Of a DNA stretch of 64,000 nt, positions 18,603 through 28,043 are shown one piece after another; the first letter of the stretch is position 1; the number at the start of each line of letters is the position of its first letter. The notes beneath the pieces are model-generated. The model worked only from the letters and a program-made list of their open reading frames with translations. It did not search any database and was not told where the DNA came from. The DNA comes from Candidatus Nanoarchaeia archaeon (GTDB taxonomy: Archaea > Nanobdellota > Nanobdellia > WJKC01), in assembly GCA_041653515.1 (NCBI GenBank), contig JBAZFG010000004.1, forward strand, positions 6,568-70,567. The letters run 5' to 3'. The position numbers and the translations under genes were made by a program.

Positions 18603-19550
18603 ATGGGTAAAACTCAGTTTGTCAGAGTTGATAAAGACTCTCTTAAAAAGATTGCCCAGTTCCAAAAAGAGTTAAATCAAAATAGTGTTATTATTGGCAG
18701 TTACTCACTTGGTATTCACGTCCTAAAAAATAAGAATAATATTAATGAAAAATTTGAGTTTGGCAAAGAAGAAAGTTATGAAACATTAGAAAAGTTAAGC
18801 GATTTAATTGGAAACATCTTAAACGAAATCAACAGAAGCAAAGGCAAGCTTACTAAGAATATTAAAAACTCAATTAATGATATTAATGAAAAATTACCTG
18901 CTAATTGGCAGTCTAAAGACCTTAATAAAAATTCATTATCACTAATAAAAAACGAATTAGATGAATTAAAGAGCGACCTCAAGGATTATAATAAAAACCT
19001 TAAGACTTTAAAAAACTCAAAAGAAGGTGATAAAATCAAGGATTATATTCTTGATAAACTATCTGACATTGACCTCATTGTAGAAAAACCAACAGACGCT
19101 GCTAAAAAAGTTAAAGAACATATCTGGCACAAAGAAGGCGCTTTATTACACCTTAATTATTACGGCATGCCAGTTGGGTTCTTACTAACAAGCGATGAAT
19201 TCACTAGAATTGAACTAGATAATTATGTTGAATATGAATTAAAAGAATTTGGCATTAATTCAAATGGTCGCATTCGCGTCACCACACCAGAAGGTTTTAT
19301 TGGTTCAAAACTATTCATTAACACCCTTGAATTAAAGGATTATCTTAACATTGGTGTTGCGCTTAGATTAATTGCTAACAAGAAAATACCCTTTAACAAA
19401 GAATTGTTCATAAAATTAATTAAGAACTCAAGAGGGGCGAGCAGCCCAAAAAGAGCTTATAGGATTTATTTAAGGATACTAAAAATTTTTAATATAAACA
19501 AAGACCCACTTGACTTTAAAGCGGTTATGAAATCATTAGGCATTAAGTAA
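18603..19550 (+). CDS. Nucleotidyltransferase-fold protein with coiled-coil insertion
   Basis: VIIGSYSLGIH, long helical insert, SDIDLIV, TPEGFIGSKL, KDYLNI. Confidence 0.5.
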   Translation: MGKTQFVRVDKDSLKKIAQFQKELNQNSVIIGSYSLGIHVLKNKNNINEKFEFGKEESYETLEKLSDLIGNILNEINRSKGKLTKNIKNSINDINEKLPANWQSKDLNKNSLSLIKNELDELKSDLKDYNKNLKTLKNSKEGDKIKDYILDKLSDIDLIVEKPTDAAKKVKEHIWHKEGALLHLNYYGMPVGFLLTSDEFTRIELDNYVEYELKEFGINSNGRIRVTTPEGFIGSKLFINTLELKDYLNIGVALRLIANKKIPFNKELFIKLIKNSRGASSPKRAYRIYLRILKIFNINKDPLDFKAVMKSLGIK

Positions 19551-19587
19551 AATATATAAAAAGAATTCATGACTCAAGCTTACTAAT

Positions 19588-19685
19588 ATGAAGATACTCG
19601 CTACAGCAGACACTCAACAACAAAGTTGTTGGGTCCCGCAGTCACATGAAGGTGGAATAGCATGAAAATATTAGCGACTGCGGAC
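19588..19685 (+). mobile_element. Orphan recoded 5' end of the phosphoesterase gene plus hairpin insert with SD; uORF coupled by ATGA
   Basis: MKILATAD is encoded twice (19588-19611 and 19662-19685) with 6 silent differences; hairpin caacaa-caaag-ttgttg; SD gaaggtgg. Confidence 0.75.
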
Positions 19686-20264
19686 ATACACGGGGACAAA
19701 AAACTAGTTGACCGCTTAATTAAGAATAGTAAGGACGCTGACGTAATTGTTGTGGCCGGTGACCTGACTTGGGCTGAAAATGATTTGCGAGGGATTATTG
19801 GGCCACTAAAAAAGCAAGGCAAACCAATTATTATGATACCAGGCAATCACGAAACACTAGCTTCAGTTGATTTCTTAGAGAACTTGTATAAGCCGGGTGT
19901 TTACAACTTGCACGCGCGCGGCATTAAAATCGGTGACACTTGTTTTGTTGCTTGCGGTTCAGGTAACATTGGTTTATTCCAACTAAGCGATGATGAAGTC
20001 ACTGACGCTTTAGAGAAAGCAATTAAAGAAGTAAAGGGTTGCACTAAAACAGTGCTAGTCACTCACACGCCGCCATACCAAACATTACTGGATAACCTTG
20101 GCTGGACTAATGCAGGGAGCAAAGCGGTCAGAAAATTCATTGAGAAGCACAAACCAGACTTATGCTTGTGCGGCCACATCCACGAGACCGCAGGTTTAAT
20201 GGAGAAAATAGGCAAGACACTAGTGGTAAACGTTGGGTTTAGCGATAAGATAATTGAGATATGA
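19662..20264 (+). CDS. Calcineurin-like metallophosphoesterase
   Basis: ADIHG, AGDLT, PGNHE, VTHTPP, CGHIHE. Confidence 0.93.
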   Translation: MKILATADIHGDKKLVDRLIKNSKDADVIVVAGDLTWAENDLRGIIGPLKKQGKPIIMIPGNHETLASVDFLENLYKPGVYNLHARGIKIGDTCFVACGSGNIGLFQLSDDEVTDALEKAIKEVKGCTKTVLVTHTPPYQTLLDNLGWTNAGSKAVRKFIEKHKPDLCLCGHIHETAGLMEKIGKTLVVNVGFSDKIIEI

Positions 20265-20364
20265 TTAACGCCCCTAACCTCAAAAGGGGGAGGTTAGGTC
20301 CAAGGAGGGAGAACGCCTCCTGGACGTAAACGTTGGTTTTAGTGATAAAATAATTGAGATTTAA
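20226..20364 (+). mobile_element. Duplicated recoded 3' end of the phosphoesterase gene separated by a 61-bp double hairpin
   Basis: VNVGFSDKIIEI* at 20226-20264 and 20326-20364 with 5 silent differences; hairpins cctaacctc/gaggttagg and gtccaaggagg/cctcctggac. Confidence 0.8.
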
Positions 20365-20404
20365 CAAACAATATTTAAGTCAGAGAATATTTTAATTATA
20401 ATTA

Positions 20405-21145
20405 ATGAATTACTGGTTATTACTCAGCCCAATTGGCATGATACTAATTGGTTTACTAACAATTATTTACTGGCGAACAAAACATAAATCAAAATTAATC
20501 TTATTCGCTTGGGGTGGATTATTATGGTTTATGGCAATAATGCTCAAGTCAGTATTAGATTACACTGTAATGCCTTACTTTTATGAATTCATTAATAATT
20601 TATGGCCTGCAGCATTATTAGTCATCGCATCAATCACTCTTGGGCTTAGAACAGGGTTCTTTGAGTCAGGCATTAGTTATTTAATGCTTAAAGGCAAGTT
20701 AAAGAAACCATCTTGGAATGACACTATTGCTATTGGTATTGGTTTTGGCGCGAGTGAAGCAATATTATTTGGCGTGTTAAGTTTGATTAACATGTTAGTA
20801 TTAATGAATCCTGCTTTTATGAGCACTCTTAGCGAGGTTGAGTTAACAATGCTTGAAGCACAATTAAGCCAGAACACTATTATTGTCGTCGCTGCTTGGT
20901 TGGAGCGATTCTTCGCATTATTAGTTCATGTATTCGCAACCGCTTTAGTTATCAAAGCCTTAACTAAGAGCAAGAAAAAGTTCTTATGGTGGTCAATTGC
21001 TTTTAAATCACTAATAGATACACCTGTATTATTACTTCAGTCATTCATCAGTGAATCAATCGTTAATGCCTTCATTGCTGAATCATATATAGTATTGTTA
21101 GGCTTGGCAGGTTTTTATGGCCTTAAGTGGCTGAAGAATCAGTAA
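20405..21145 (+). CDS. YhfC-family intramembrane metalloprotease
   Basis: Polytopic; GFFE, GIGFGASEA, ERFFA...HV. Confidence 0.75.
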   Translation: MNYWLLLSPIGMILIGLLTIIYWRTKHKSKLILFAWGGLLWFMAIMLKSVLDYTVMPYFYEFINNLWPAALLVIASITLGLRTGFFESGISYLMLKGKLKKPSWNDTIAIGIGFGASEAILFGVLSLINMLVLMNPAFMSTLSEVELTMLEAQLSQNTIIVVAAWLERFFALLVHVFATALVIKALTKSKKKFLWWSIAFKSLIDTPVLLLQSFISESIVNAFIAESYIVLLGLAGFYGLKWLKNQ

Positions 21146-21179
21146 TCTTTTTAAAGGACTCTTCTGTTCTTTTTTAATA

Positions 21180-21195
21180 ACCAATGATACGAGGT
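21180..21195 (+). promoter_or_regulatory. Putative kink-loop in the rpl7ae 5' UTR overlapping the SD
   Basis: ACC-AAU-GA-UAC-GA-GGU: stem, 3-nt bulge, tandem GA pairs; covers GAGGUG. Confidence 0.55.
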
Positions 21196-21205
21196 GTAAA
21201 AAACT

Positions 21206-21571
21206 ATGAGTGAAGAAAAGTCAACAAAGAAGGAATCAGTCAGTACCAAGGACTTATTTGAGTTAATTGAGATTGCAACTGCTCCAAGCACTAAAGGTAA
21301 GGTTAGGAAGGGTGTTAACGAAGTAACTAAAGCTATTGAGCGCGGTAACGCCCAAATAGTAGTTGTTGCTGAAGACGTTAGTCCTAAAGAGATAATTGCT
21401 CACATACCAATTTTATGCAAGGAGAAGAACATCAAGTACTTAACACTCCCAACCAAAACTGAGCTAGGAAAAGCTGCTGGTATTGGCAAGGATTGTTCAA
21501 GCATTGCAATAATCAGTGCTGGTGAAGCTGAAGGAAAAGAATTATTGATGAAGGTAATGAAGAATGCCTAA
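21206..21571 (+). CDS. rpl7ae: Ribosomal protein L7Ae
   Basis: GKVRKGVNEVTKAIERG, AEDVSP.EI..HIP.LC.EK. Confidence 0.97.
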   Translation: MSEEKSTKKESVSTKDLFELIEIATAPSTKGKVRKGVNEVTKAIERGNAQIVVVAEDVSPKEIIAHIPILCKEKNIKYLTLPTKTELGKAAGIGKDCSSIAIISAGEAEGKELLMKVMKNA

Positions 21572-21842
21572 AAAACAAAAGGATGTTAAGGCTAGCCCTG
21601 AAACTGATGAAACTGATAAGTTCGTCGAAGGCGAGGCAGTTCCAGCTCAAGTAATTGAAGTGATTGGTCGCGTTGGCACTAGAGGAGAAGCAACCCAAGT
21701 TAGGTGTAAGATTCTTCAAAGTATGGATAAAGGTAAGATTCTCAGGCGCAACGTTAGGGGGCCTATTAGGATTGATGATATATTAATGCTTGTTGAAACA
21801 GAGTTAGAAGCAGCTCCATTAAGAGGAGGCAGGCGTCAATGA
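21564..21842 (+). CDS. rps28e: Ribosomal protein S28e
   Basis: PAQVIEVIGRVG.RGE, RNVRGPIR.DDIL.L.ETE. Confidence 0.95.
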   Translation: MPKKQKDVKASPETDETDKFVEGEAVPAQVIEVIGRVGTRGEATQVRCKILQSMDKGKILRRNVRGPIRIDDILMLVETELEAAPLRGGRRQ

Positions 21843-22009
21843 ATTGTTCTTATTGTAAAGGCGAGATTGAGCAGGGCCGAGGCGTTTTTGTTGTTAAAAA
21901 AGATGGTAAGATTAATCGTTTTTGCAGCAGTAAATGCCGTAAGAACTTTAATTTAAAGCGCAACCCAAGCAAGCTTAAATGGATTACTAAAGAGGTTAAA
22001 AAGAAATGA
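21839..22009 (+). CDS. rpl24e: Ribosomal protein L24e (56 aa, not in ORF track)
   Basis: Manual translation MNCSYCKGEIEQGRGVFVVKKDGKINRFCSSKCRKNFNLKRNPSKLKWIT... Confidence 0.95.
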   Translation: MNCSYCKGEIEQGRGVFVVKKDGKINRFCSSKCRKNFNLKRNPSKLKWITKEVKKK

Positions 22010-22485
22010 TTGAGCATACATTAGTCTTGATTAAGCCTGATGGTGTTTATCGAGGCCTTATCGGCGAGGTCGTTCAGCGGTTCGAGCGAGCAGGCTTAAA
22101 AGTTGTTGGTATGAAAATGGAATGGATTGAAAAAGATTTTGCCAAAAAACATTATCATGCCCATTTAAAGAAAGGTTTTTACCCTGGATTAGAGCAATAT
22201 ATTACTTCAGGTCCAGTGGTCGCCATTGTATTAGAGGGTATTAATGTTGTTGAGGTTGTCAGGAAGATTGTCGGCCCGACTGAGCCGGGCAAAGCAATGC
22301 CAGGCACTATCAGGGGTGATTACTGTCACGTTAATGTTGCTTACGCTGATGAGAAAAAGAAAAGCGTTTACAATATTATTCACGCGAGCGGCAGCGTTAA
22401 TGAAGCCAAGGATGAAATACTATTATGGTTTGACCCGCCTGAGTTAAGTAATTATAAACGTGTGGGCGAAGACTGGATTCAATAA
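22006..22485 (+). CDS. ndk: Nucleoside diphosphate kinase
   Basis: LIKPDGV.RGLIGE, SGPVV, PGTIRGD, NIIHAS. Confidence 0.97.
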   Translation: MIEHTLVLIKPDGVYRGLIGEVVQRFERAGLKVVGMKMEWIEKDFAKKHYHAHLKKGFYPGLEQYITSGPVVAIVLEGINVVEVVRKIVGPTEPGKAMPGTIRGDYCHVNVAYADEKKKSVYNIIHASGSVNEAKDEILLWFDPPELSNYKRVGEDWIQ

Positions 22486-22493
22486 ACATTACT

Positions 22494-23108
22494 TTATTTT
22501 AATGAAGGTTTTTTGCATAAATAATTCAGATAACTATTGCCTCCTTCATAGTGTTCATTACCAGCAGAATTATAAAACAACTTAAAATGATGTTTTTCAA
22601 GAAGAGCTGTTAATTCATCATTCGAGTATAAAGCATAAAAACGCTCCTTATCGCCATACCATTTAGATTTTTTAAAACCCTCAGAAGAACCATTCTTCAT
22701 GCTCAAACCAAGTATTCCATCTGGTTTTAAAACTCGATAAAGCCCATCCAAGGCTGAGGGAAAATGATTTTTAGGAATATGAATCAAAGAAGTGTTAGCC
22801 CAAACACCATCAAAACTCTGGTCAGGAAAAATAATTTTTTCTAAATCCATTTTAATCGCGTTTAAACCCTTGTTTTTACATAACTCAATCATTGAGTCAG
22901 ACAAATCAATGCAAGTAACATTAAAGCCATTAAGCTGAAAGTATGATGCGTCGCGACCAGGCCCGCTACCAACATCCAAAATTTTTTTACCAATAATAGA
23001 TTCAATAAACAAATCAGTATGCGCTGGAGAAAGGTTGTTAGTTACTAAATCAAATTTCTCTGCAATCTTATCATAAGTCTCAATAGTAATCCTTTTTTCG
23101 TTATCCAT
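22494..23108 (-). CDS. Class I SAM-dependent methyltransferase
   Basis: ILDVGSGPGRD, FDGVWA..SL.H, LKPDG. Confidence 0.9.
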   Translation of the reverse strand: MDNEKRITIETYDKIAEKFDLVTNNLSPAHTDLFIESIIGKKILDVGSGPGRDASYFQLNGFNVTCIDLSDSMIELCKNKGLNAIKMDLEKIIFPDQSFDGVWANTSLIHIPKNHFPSALDGLYRVLKPDGILGLSMKNGSSEGFKKSKWYGDKERFYALYSNDELTALLEKHHFKLFYNSAGNEHYEGGNSYLNYLCKKPSLK

Positions 23109-23191
23109 CAAAAGCAGAATCACAACAAGTTTTTATAAAATTATCTATCAGAGCAAAGATTTTAAAAGAAACCCTTAATTCTTTCTCTTTA

Positions 23192-24964
23192 ATGACTACC
23201 CGCCAATTAATCTGCTCAGTGCTTGGTCATATTGACCACGGCAAGACGACTATCCTAGATCGGATTAGGGGTACTGCTGTTCAGTCAAGGGAGGCTGGGG
23301 GTATTACTCAGCATACTGGTGCTAGCGAGGTGCCATTAGAAGTTATTAAACGGGTTTGTGGTCCATTACTTAAAGGGATTAAAGGTGACTTAAAGATTCC
23401 TGGCTTATTATTCATTGACACACCAGGCCATAAAGCGTTCACTAGCTTGCGCCAGCGCGGGGGTAGTATTGCTGATATTGCTATCCTAGTGGTTGACGCG
23501 CAGGATATATTACAACCACAAGCATTAGAGTCAATTGCCATCCTAAAACAATTCAAGGTGCCGTTTATTATTGCTTTAAATAAAGTTGACACGATTGGTG
23601 GCTGGGTCACCCAGAAGAATAAGTATATTCTGGATAGTATTAAATTACAAAAGCAAGAAGTTCAAGGAATGCTTGAGCAACGATTATACTCATTAGTTAA
23701 TGAATTAAGCCAGCAAGGGATTAACGCTGAGCGGTTCGACCGAATAAGTGATTTTACCAAAGAGGTTAGTATTGTGCCAACCAGTGGTTTTACAGGTGAG
23801 GGCGTGCCTGAATTATTAATGGTCTTATCAGGATTAGCTCAACGTTACTTAGAGAAAAGCTTGGAAGTTAATCTTGATAAACCTGCTGTTGGCAGCGTGC
23901 TTGAAGTCAAAGAAGTTAAAGGGTTAGGCACCACGCTTGACGTGATTATTTATGACGGCACACTCAACGAAGGCGATTTAATTGTTATCGGAGGGTTAGA
24001 TAAACCTATTAAGAGTAAGGCTCGAGCGTTATTGAAACCAGCACCATTACAAGAGACTAGGGAGAAAGGTGATTATAATTATGTTAAATCAGTTGTTGCA
24101 GCAGCAGGGGTTAAGATTAGCGGGCCAGGGCTTGACGCTGTTGTGCCAGGTATGCCGTTGATTGCTTGCCGCAACGAAGCAGATTTATTAGCAGCTGAAG
24201 CTAAAGTTCAAGAGAATATTAATCGAATCTCATTCAAAACAGATAAGGAAGGTATTATCATCAAAGCTGACTCACTTGGTTCGCTTGAAGCGCTCACTAA
24301 TTTATTTGGTGATTATCCTGTTAAGAAAGCAGTTATTGGTAATGTTAACAAGAGCGATGTTATTGAAGCAGTGAGTGTTAAGGAAAAGCAGGAAGCTTTA
24401 GGTGTTATTATCTCATTTAATGTTAATGTCTTACCTGAAGCCAAGGAATTAATTAATGAAAATGGGATTAAGTTGTTTGACGCTAAAATAATTTATACAC
24501 TGCTTGATGATTATAAAAAGCATCGGGAGGAAGTTGAATTAGAAGTTAAGCGCCGAGCACTCTCAGGGCTTGTCCTGCCAGCTAAAATCAAAGTCTTACC
24601 TGATCATGTTTTCAGGGCAAGCGGGCCAGCCATTATTGGGGTTGAAGTAGTTGGCGGCACACTAAAAGTTGGTTATTCATTAATTAATGAGGAATTAAAA
24701 CAAGTGGGCCATGTTAAGTCCATCAGGCATGACAAAGAAGTATTGGGCGAAGCTGTTAAGGGGTCAAGCGTGGCGATAAGTATTGACAGCGGCGTGGTTG
24801 GTCGCAACATCACTGAAGGTGGCTTACTCTACACTGGGGTTAGCGAGCAAGAATTCCATAAAATGAAGACTGCACTCAAGAAATTCTTAAAACCAGACGA
24901 GCTTGAGGCAATGAGGGAAATACTTAAGTTACAGCGAGAGAAAAACCCACTCTGGGGCTTTTAA
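23192..24964 (+). CDS. infB: Translation initiation factor aIF5B (IF-2)
   Basis: GHIDHGKTT, EAGGITQH.GA, FIDTPGH, NKVD, C-terminal WG. Confidence 0.97.
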   Translation: MTTRQLICSVLGHIDHGKTTILDRIRGTAVQSREAGGITQHTGASEVPLEVIKRVCGPLLKGIKGDLKIPGLLFIDTPGHKAFTSLRQRGGSIADIAILVVDAQDILQPQALESIAILKQFKVPFIIALNKVDTIGGWVTQKNKYILDSIKLQKQEVQGMLEQRLYSLVNELSQQGINAERFDRISDFTKEVSIVPTSGFTGEGVPELLMVLSGLAQRYLEKSLEVNLDKPAVGSVLEVKEVKGLGTTLDVIIYDGTLNEGDLIVIGGLDKPIKSKARALLKPAPLQETREKGDYNYVKSVVAAAGVKISGPGLDAVVPGMPLIACRNEADLLAAEAKVQENINRISFKTDKEGIIIKADSLGSLEALTNLFGDYPVKKAVIGNVNKSDVIEAVSVKEKQEALGVIISFNVNVLPEAKELINENGIKLFDAKIIYTLLDDYKKHREEVELEVKRRALSGLVLPAKIKVLPDHVFRASGPAIIGVEVVGGTLKVGYSLINEELKQVGHVKSIRHDKEVLGEAVKGSSVAISIDSGVVGRNITEGGLLYTGVSEQEFHKMKTALKKFLKPDELEAMREILKLQREKNPLWGF

Positions 24965-25003
24965 CGTAAAACTTTTTAAAAGGAATGATTAATTCCATTA
25001 AAC

Positions 25004-25534
25004 ATGAAACTATTCTTTGTTCGACATGGCGAGTCAGTTGGTAATCAATTAAAGATAGCTCAAGGCCATCTTGATTATGACCTGACTAATGATGGAGTTG
25101 AGCAGGCAAGGAGAGTGGCTGAACGCTTAAAGAACGAGCAGTTCGCTCATATTTACTCAAGTGATTTATTACGAGCAGCTAATACTGCGCGGGAAATAAT
25201 TAAGCATCACCCAGATAAACCAATCACTTTTACAGCCACGTTAAGGGAGCGTGATTATGGTGAGTTATCAGGAACAAAACAGCGCTTAAAGGATTTGGAT
25301 AAAATACCAATTAGTGTTGAGAGTGATGAATTATTAATTAATCGCTTCAAGTCATTCCTTGATTCAATTGAGTCAAATGACAATATCTTAATTGTTAGTC
25401 ACGGCACTGCCATTAAAACAATGATTTCAATAATCACTAACAAAGAATTTGATGAAAGTTATAATAATACTGGTTTAACAATCATTAATAACGGTGAGAT
25501 TGAATTATTTAATGACGCCAAGCACTTAGAGTAA
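25004..25534 (+). CDS. Histidine phosphatase family protein
   Basis: RHGES, YSSDL.RA, LRERDYG, VSHG. Confidence 0.92.
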   Translation: MKLFFVRHGESVGNQLKIAQGHLDYDLTNDGVEQARRVAERLKNEQFAHIYSSDLLRAANTAREIIKHHPDKPITFTATLRERDYGELSGTKQRLKDLDKIPISVESDELLINRFKSFLDSIESNDNILIVSHGTAIKTMISIITNKEFDESYNNTGLTIINNGEIELFNDAKHLE

Positions 25535-25568
25535 GTCTTAAAAATAATAATTGTTGATTTAAAGAATT

Positions 25569-26039
25569 ATGAATAAAATAGATGAGATAATCAATTTTTT
25601 TGACTTCAAAAACTTAGATGACCTTATTTTAAGACTTAATAAAGCAGTGGCGCACTCAATACAAGAGAGTATTCACACGCCAGGCTTAATAAGCAGGCGC
25701 TGTAAAGGGATTAGTATTATTGATGATGTTTATGACTCAATGCCTAATAGAATAATTACTTTCTGCGTTGACTTCAGTGAGCTAACAAAACAATTAGGGA
25801 AAGCGCTCGGCTACGAAGTAGAATTAATAACGTGTTACCCTAAATACTTGAATAACAATTATCACTGGCTTATCAAGTCAAGTGGCGTCTTCAAGGACCC
25901 GTCAATTTACAATAAACATTACAATAATGGTAAATGGGTTAAGACTAAACCAGAATTAATGCTTAATGTACCTGAAGAGCAATTAGGAAAACACTGGGCT
26001 ATTAACCTTGACTCTTTTTATAAAAAGAAAGCTTTTTAA
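25569..26039 (+). CDS. Hypothetical protein, possible Cys-His-Asp (transglutaminase/papain-like) fold
   Basis: FCVDFS...LGYEV...HWLI...FKDPS. Confidence 0.4.
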   Translation: MNKIDEIINFFDFKNLDDLILRLNKAVAHSIQESIHTPGLISRRCKGISIIDDVYDSMPNRIITFCVDFSELTKQLGKALGYEVELITCYPKYLNNNYHWLIKSSGVFKDPSIYNKHYNNGKWVKTKPELMLNVPEEQLGKHWAINLDSFYKKKAF

Positions 26040-26064
26040 AACCTTCAACTTTTATCTTCTCTCA

Positions 26065-26439
26065 ATGGAATTTAAGCTAACAATTAATGATAAGGCTAAG
26101 AGTTACAAACAAGTAGTTAAAGAGCCAGAAGCAGCTATACTGGTTGGCTTAAAGATTGGGGATAAAGTTAAGGGCGACCACCTTGGTTTGATTGGTTATG
26201 AATTAATAATTAGTGGTGGCAGTGATAAGACTGGTGTGCCAATGCACAAAGGGGTTTTAGGCGCTGACCGAGCTAAGATGATTAAGCGATTAAATAATGG
26301 TTCTGGTGTTAGGAAAACAGTTATGGGTAACACAATATCTGAGAATGTTGTTCAAATCAATTTAACAGTAGCCAAGAAAGGCGCTAAAGAACTTGAAGAA
26401 TTATTCGGCAAGAAAGAAACAGAAATCAAACAAGAGTAA
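26065..26439 (+). CDS. rps6e: Ribosomal protein S6e
   Basis: FKL.IND, G.KIGD, GGSDKTG.PM, RK.V.GN.I; start at MEFK. Confidence 0.95.
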   Translation: MEFKLTINDKAKSYKQVVKEPEAAILVGLKIGDKVKGDHLGLIGYELIISGGSDKTGVPMHKGVLGADRAKMIKRLNNGSGVRKTVMGNTISENVVQINLTVAKKGAKELEELFGKKETEIKQE

Positions 26440-26474
26440 AACTTATAATAAGCGCTAATTCTTTCATTCTAATA

Positions 26475-27686
26475 ATGGTTCCTGAAATTAATATCGGCAT
26501 GGTAGGTCATATTGACCACGGCAAGACTAGTTTGCTTAAGAGCTTGACTGGTAAGTGGGCCAGCACTCATAGTGAAGAAAAAAAACGAGGCATTACTATC
26601 AGGCTTGGTTACTCAGAGATGATTGTTTATCAATGCCCTGAAGGTGAGTATACTAATCAAGAGAAGTGTTTGGAGCATAATAAGAAATGCAAAGCAGTTA
26701 GGACTATTAGTTTTGTTGACGCCCCGGGTCACGAGACGCTAATGGCAACTATGTTATCAGGCGCGAGCGTGATGGACGCGGCAGTGCTAGTTATTGCTGC
26801 TAACGAGAAGTGCCCTCAACCACAAACAAAAGAGCATTTAGCAGCGTTGAATATAATGAATATTAAAGATATTATTATTGTTCAAAACAAAGTTGACTTA
26901 GTTAATGATGAACAAGCACATGAGTCAATGAATAATATTAAATCATTTGTTAAAGGCAGTGTGGCTGAATCAGCCCCAATCATCCCAATCAGCGCGTTGC
27001 ATGATGGTAACCTTGATGTATTAATTGAAGCTATTCAAGAATTATTTAAGACACCAAAGCGTGACCTTAATAAACCGCCAATAATGTTAGTGTCAAGAAG
27101 TTTTGATGTTAATAAACCCGGCAGCACAATTAATGAATTTAAAGGAGGTGTTATTGGCGGCATATTAAAACAGGGTAAATTAAAGAAAGGGGATGAAATA
27201 ATAATCTTGCCCGGACTAAAATCAGAAGAAGGCGGGGTCACTAAGTGGTTGCCATTAAAAACTATTGTTGAATCATTATTTTACGGTAATAAAGAAGTAA
27301 TTGAAGCAGTGCCAGGGGGTAATTTTGGTTTAAGCACAACAATTGACCCAGGTGTGGCTCGTAACGACGCGCTTGCAGGCAGTCTAGCTTGCACTAACGC
27401 GCACCAACCACCAGTTTTTATTGATAGTATTAATCTTAAAGCTGATTTAATGGTCCGCGTAGTAGGCACTTCAAAGGAATTAAATATTGGTCCATTAAAA
27501 GTTAGTGAACCATTAATGATTAATGCATTCACAGCCAAGACTGTAGGTGTTATTAACCGGGTAGCGCCAGAAAGCATAACTGTTAAGCTTAAACTACCAA
27601 TCGCTATTGATGTTGGTGAAAGCGTGGCATTAAGCCGATTCATCAATAATAAATGGCGGTTAGTTGGTTCAGGGGTAGTGCTTTAA
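26475..27686 (+). CDS. eif2g: Translation initiation factor aIF-2 gamma
   Basis: NIGMVGHIDHGKT, HSEE..RGITIRLGY, DAPGHE, PQPQT.EH, RSFDVNKPG. Confidence 0.97.
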   Translation: MVPEINIGMVGHIDHGKTSLLKSLTGKWASTHSEEKKRGITIRLGYSEMIVYQCPEGEYTNQEKCLEHNKKCKAVRTISFVDAPGHETLMATMLSGASVMDAAVLVIAANEKCPQPQTKEHLAALNIMNIKDIIIVQNKVDLVNDEQAHESMNNIKSFVKGSVAESAPIIPISALHDGNLDVLIEAIQELFKTPKRDLNKPPIMLVSRSFDVNKPGSTINEFKGGVIGGILKQGKLKKGDEIIILPGLKSEEGGVTKWLPLKTIVESLFYGNKEVIEAVPGGNFGLSTTIDPGVARNDALAGSLACTNAHQPPVFIDSINLKADLMVRVVGTSKELNIGPLKVSEPLMINAFTAKTVGVINRVAPESITVKLKLPIAIDVGESVALSRFINNKWRLVGSGVVL

Positions 27687-27734
27687 TTTTTGATACTCAA
27701 GAGTAAGCTTATTTAGTAACTAAATTAATTATCC

Positions 27735-27977
27735 TCACTTCTTCTTTTTGTAGGACATCCAACTCTTAGGGGCTTTGGCTACTTTATCAAAAAGCTCAAA
27801 AACCATTGTCTTAATAGCCATTGAAGTAACTGTTTTTTTGTTCTTAACTTTTTTAGTCACCATTGACGCAATAGTCTTAGCAATTGGTTCTGGCACGCCT
27901 GCACGCTTACAAGCCATAACAATCTTAGCTGATTTATAGCCCTCGAGTGATTTATCCCTCTTAACGACTTTAACCAT
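27735..27977 (-). CDS. Stand-alone ATP-cone domain protein
   Basis: VKVVKRD..LE.Y...KI..AC..AG ... I...V.E. Confidence 0.75.
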   Translation of the reverse strand: MVKVVKRDKSLEGYKSAKIVMACKRAGVPEPIAKTIASMVTKKVKNKKTVTSMAIKTMVFELFDKVAKAPKSWMSYKKKK

Positions 27978-28043
27978 GCGTTAATCTAACGTTTTATGTA
28001 TTTAAAAAAATTTATAATATGATTTTAGCTCAATCTGAATAAT

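Noticed and set aside
20270..20300. Integron attC site (CCCTAAC...GTTAGGT)
   Set aside because: Too short, no L boxes or extrahelical bases, no integrase, and the other elements lack this core.
19588..20364. Diversity-generating retroelement TR/VR pairs
   Set aside because: Differences are silent and not adenine-specific, repeats are under 45 bp, and no RT is in the window.
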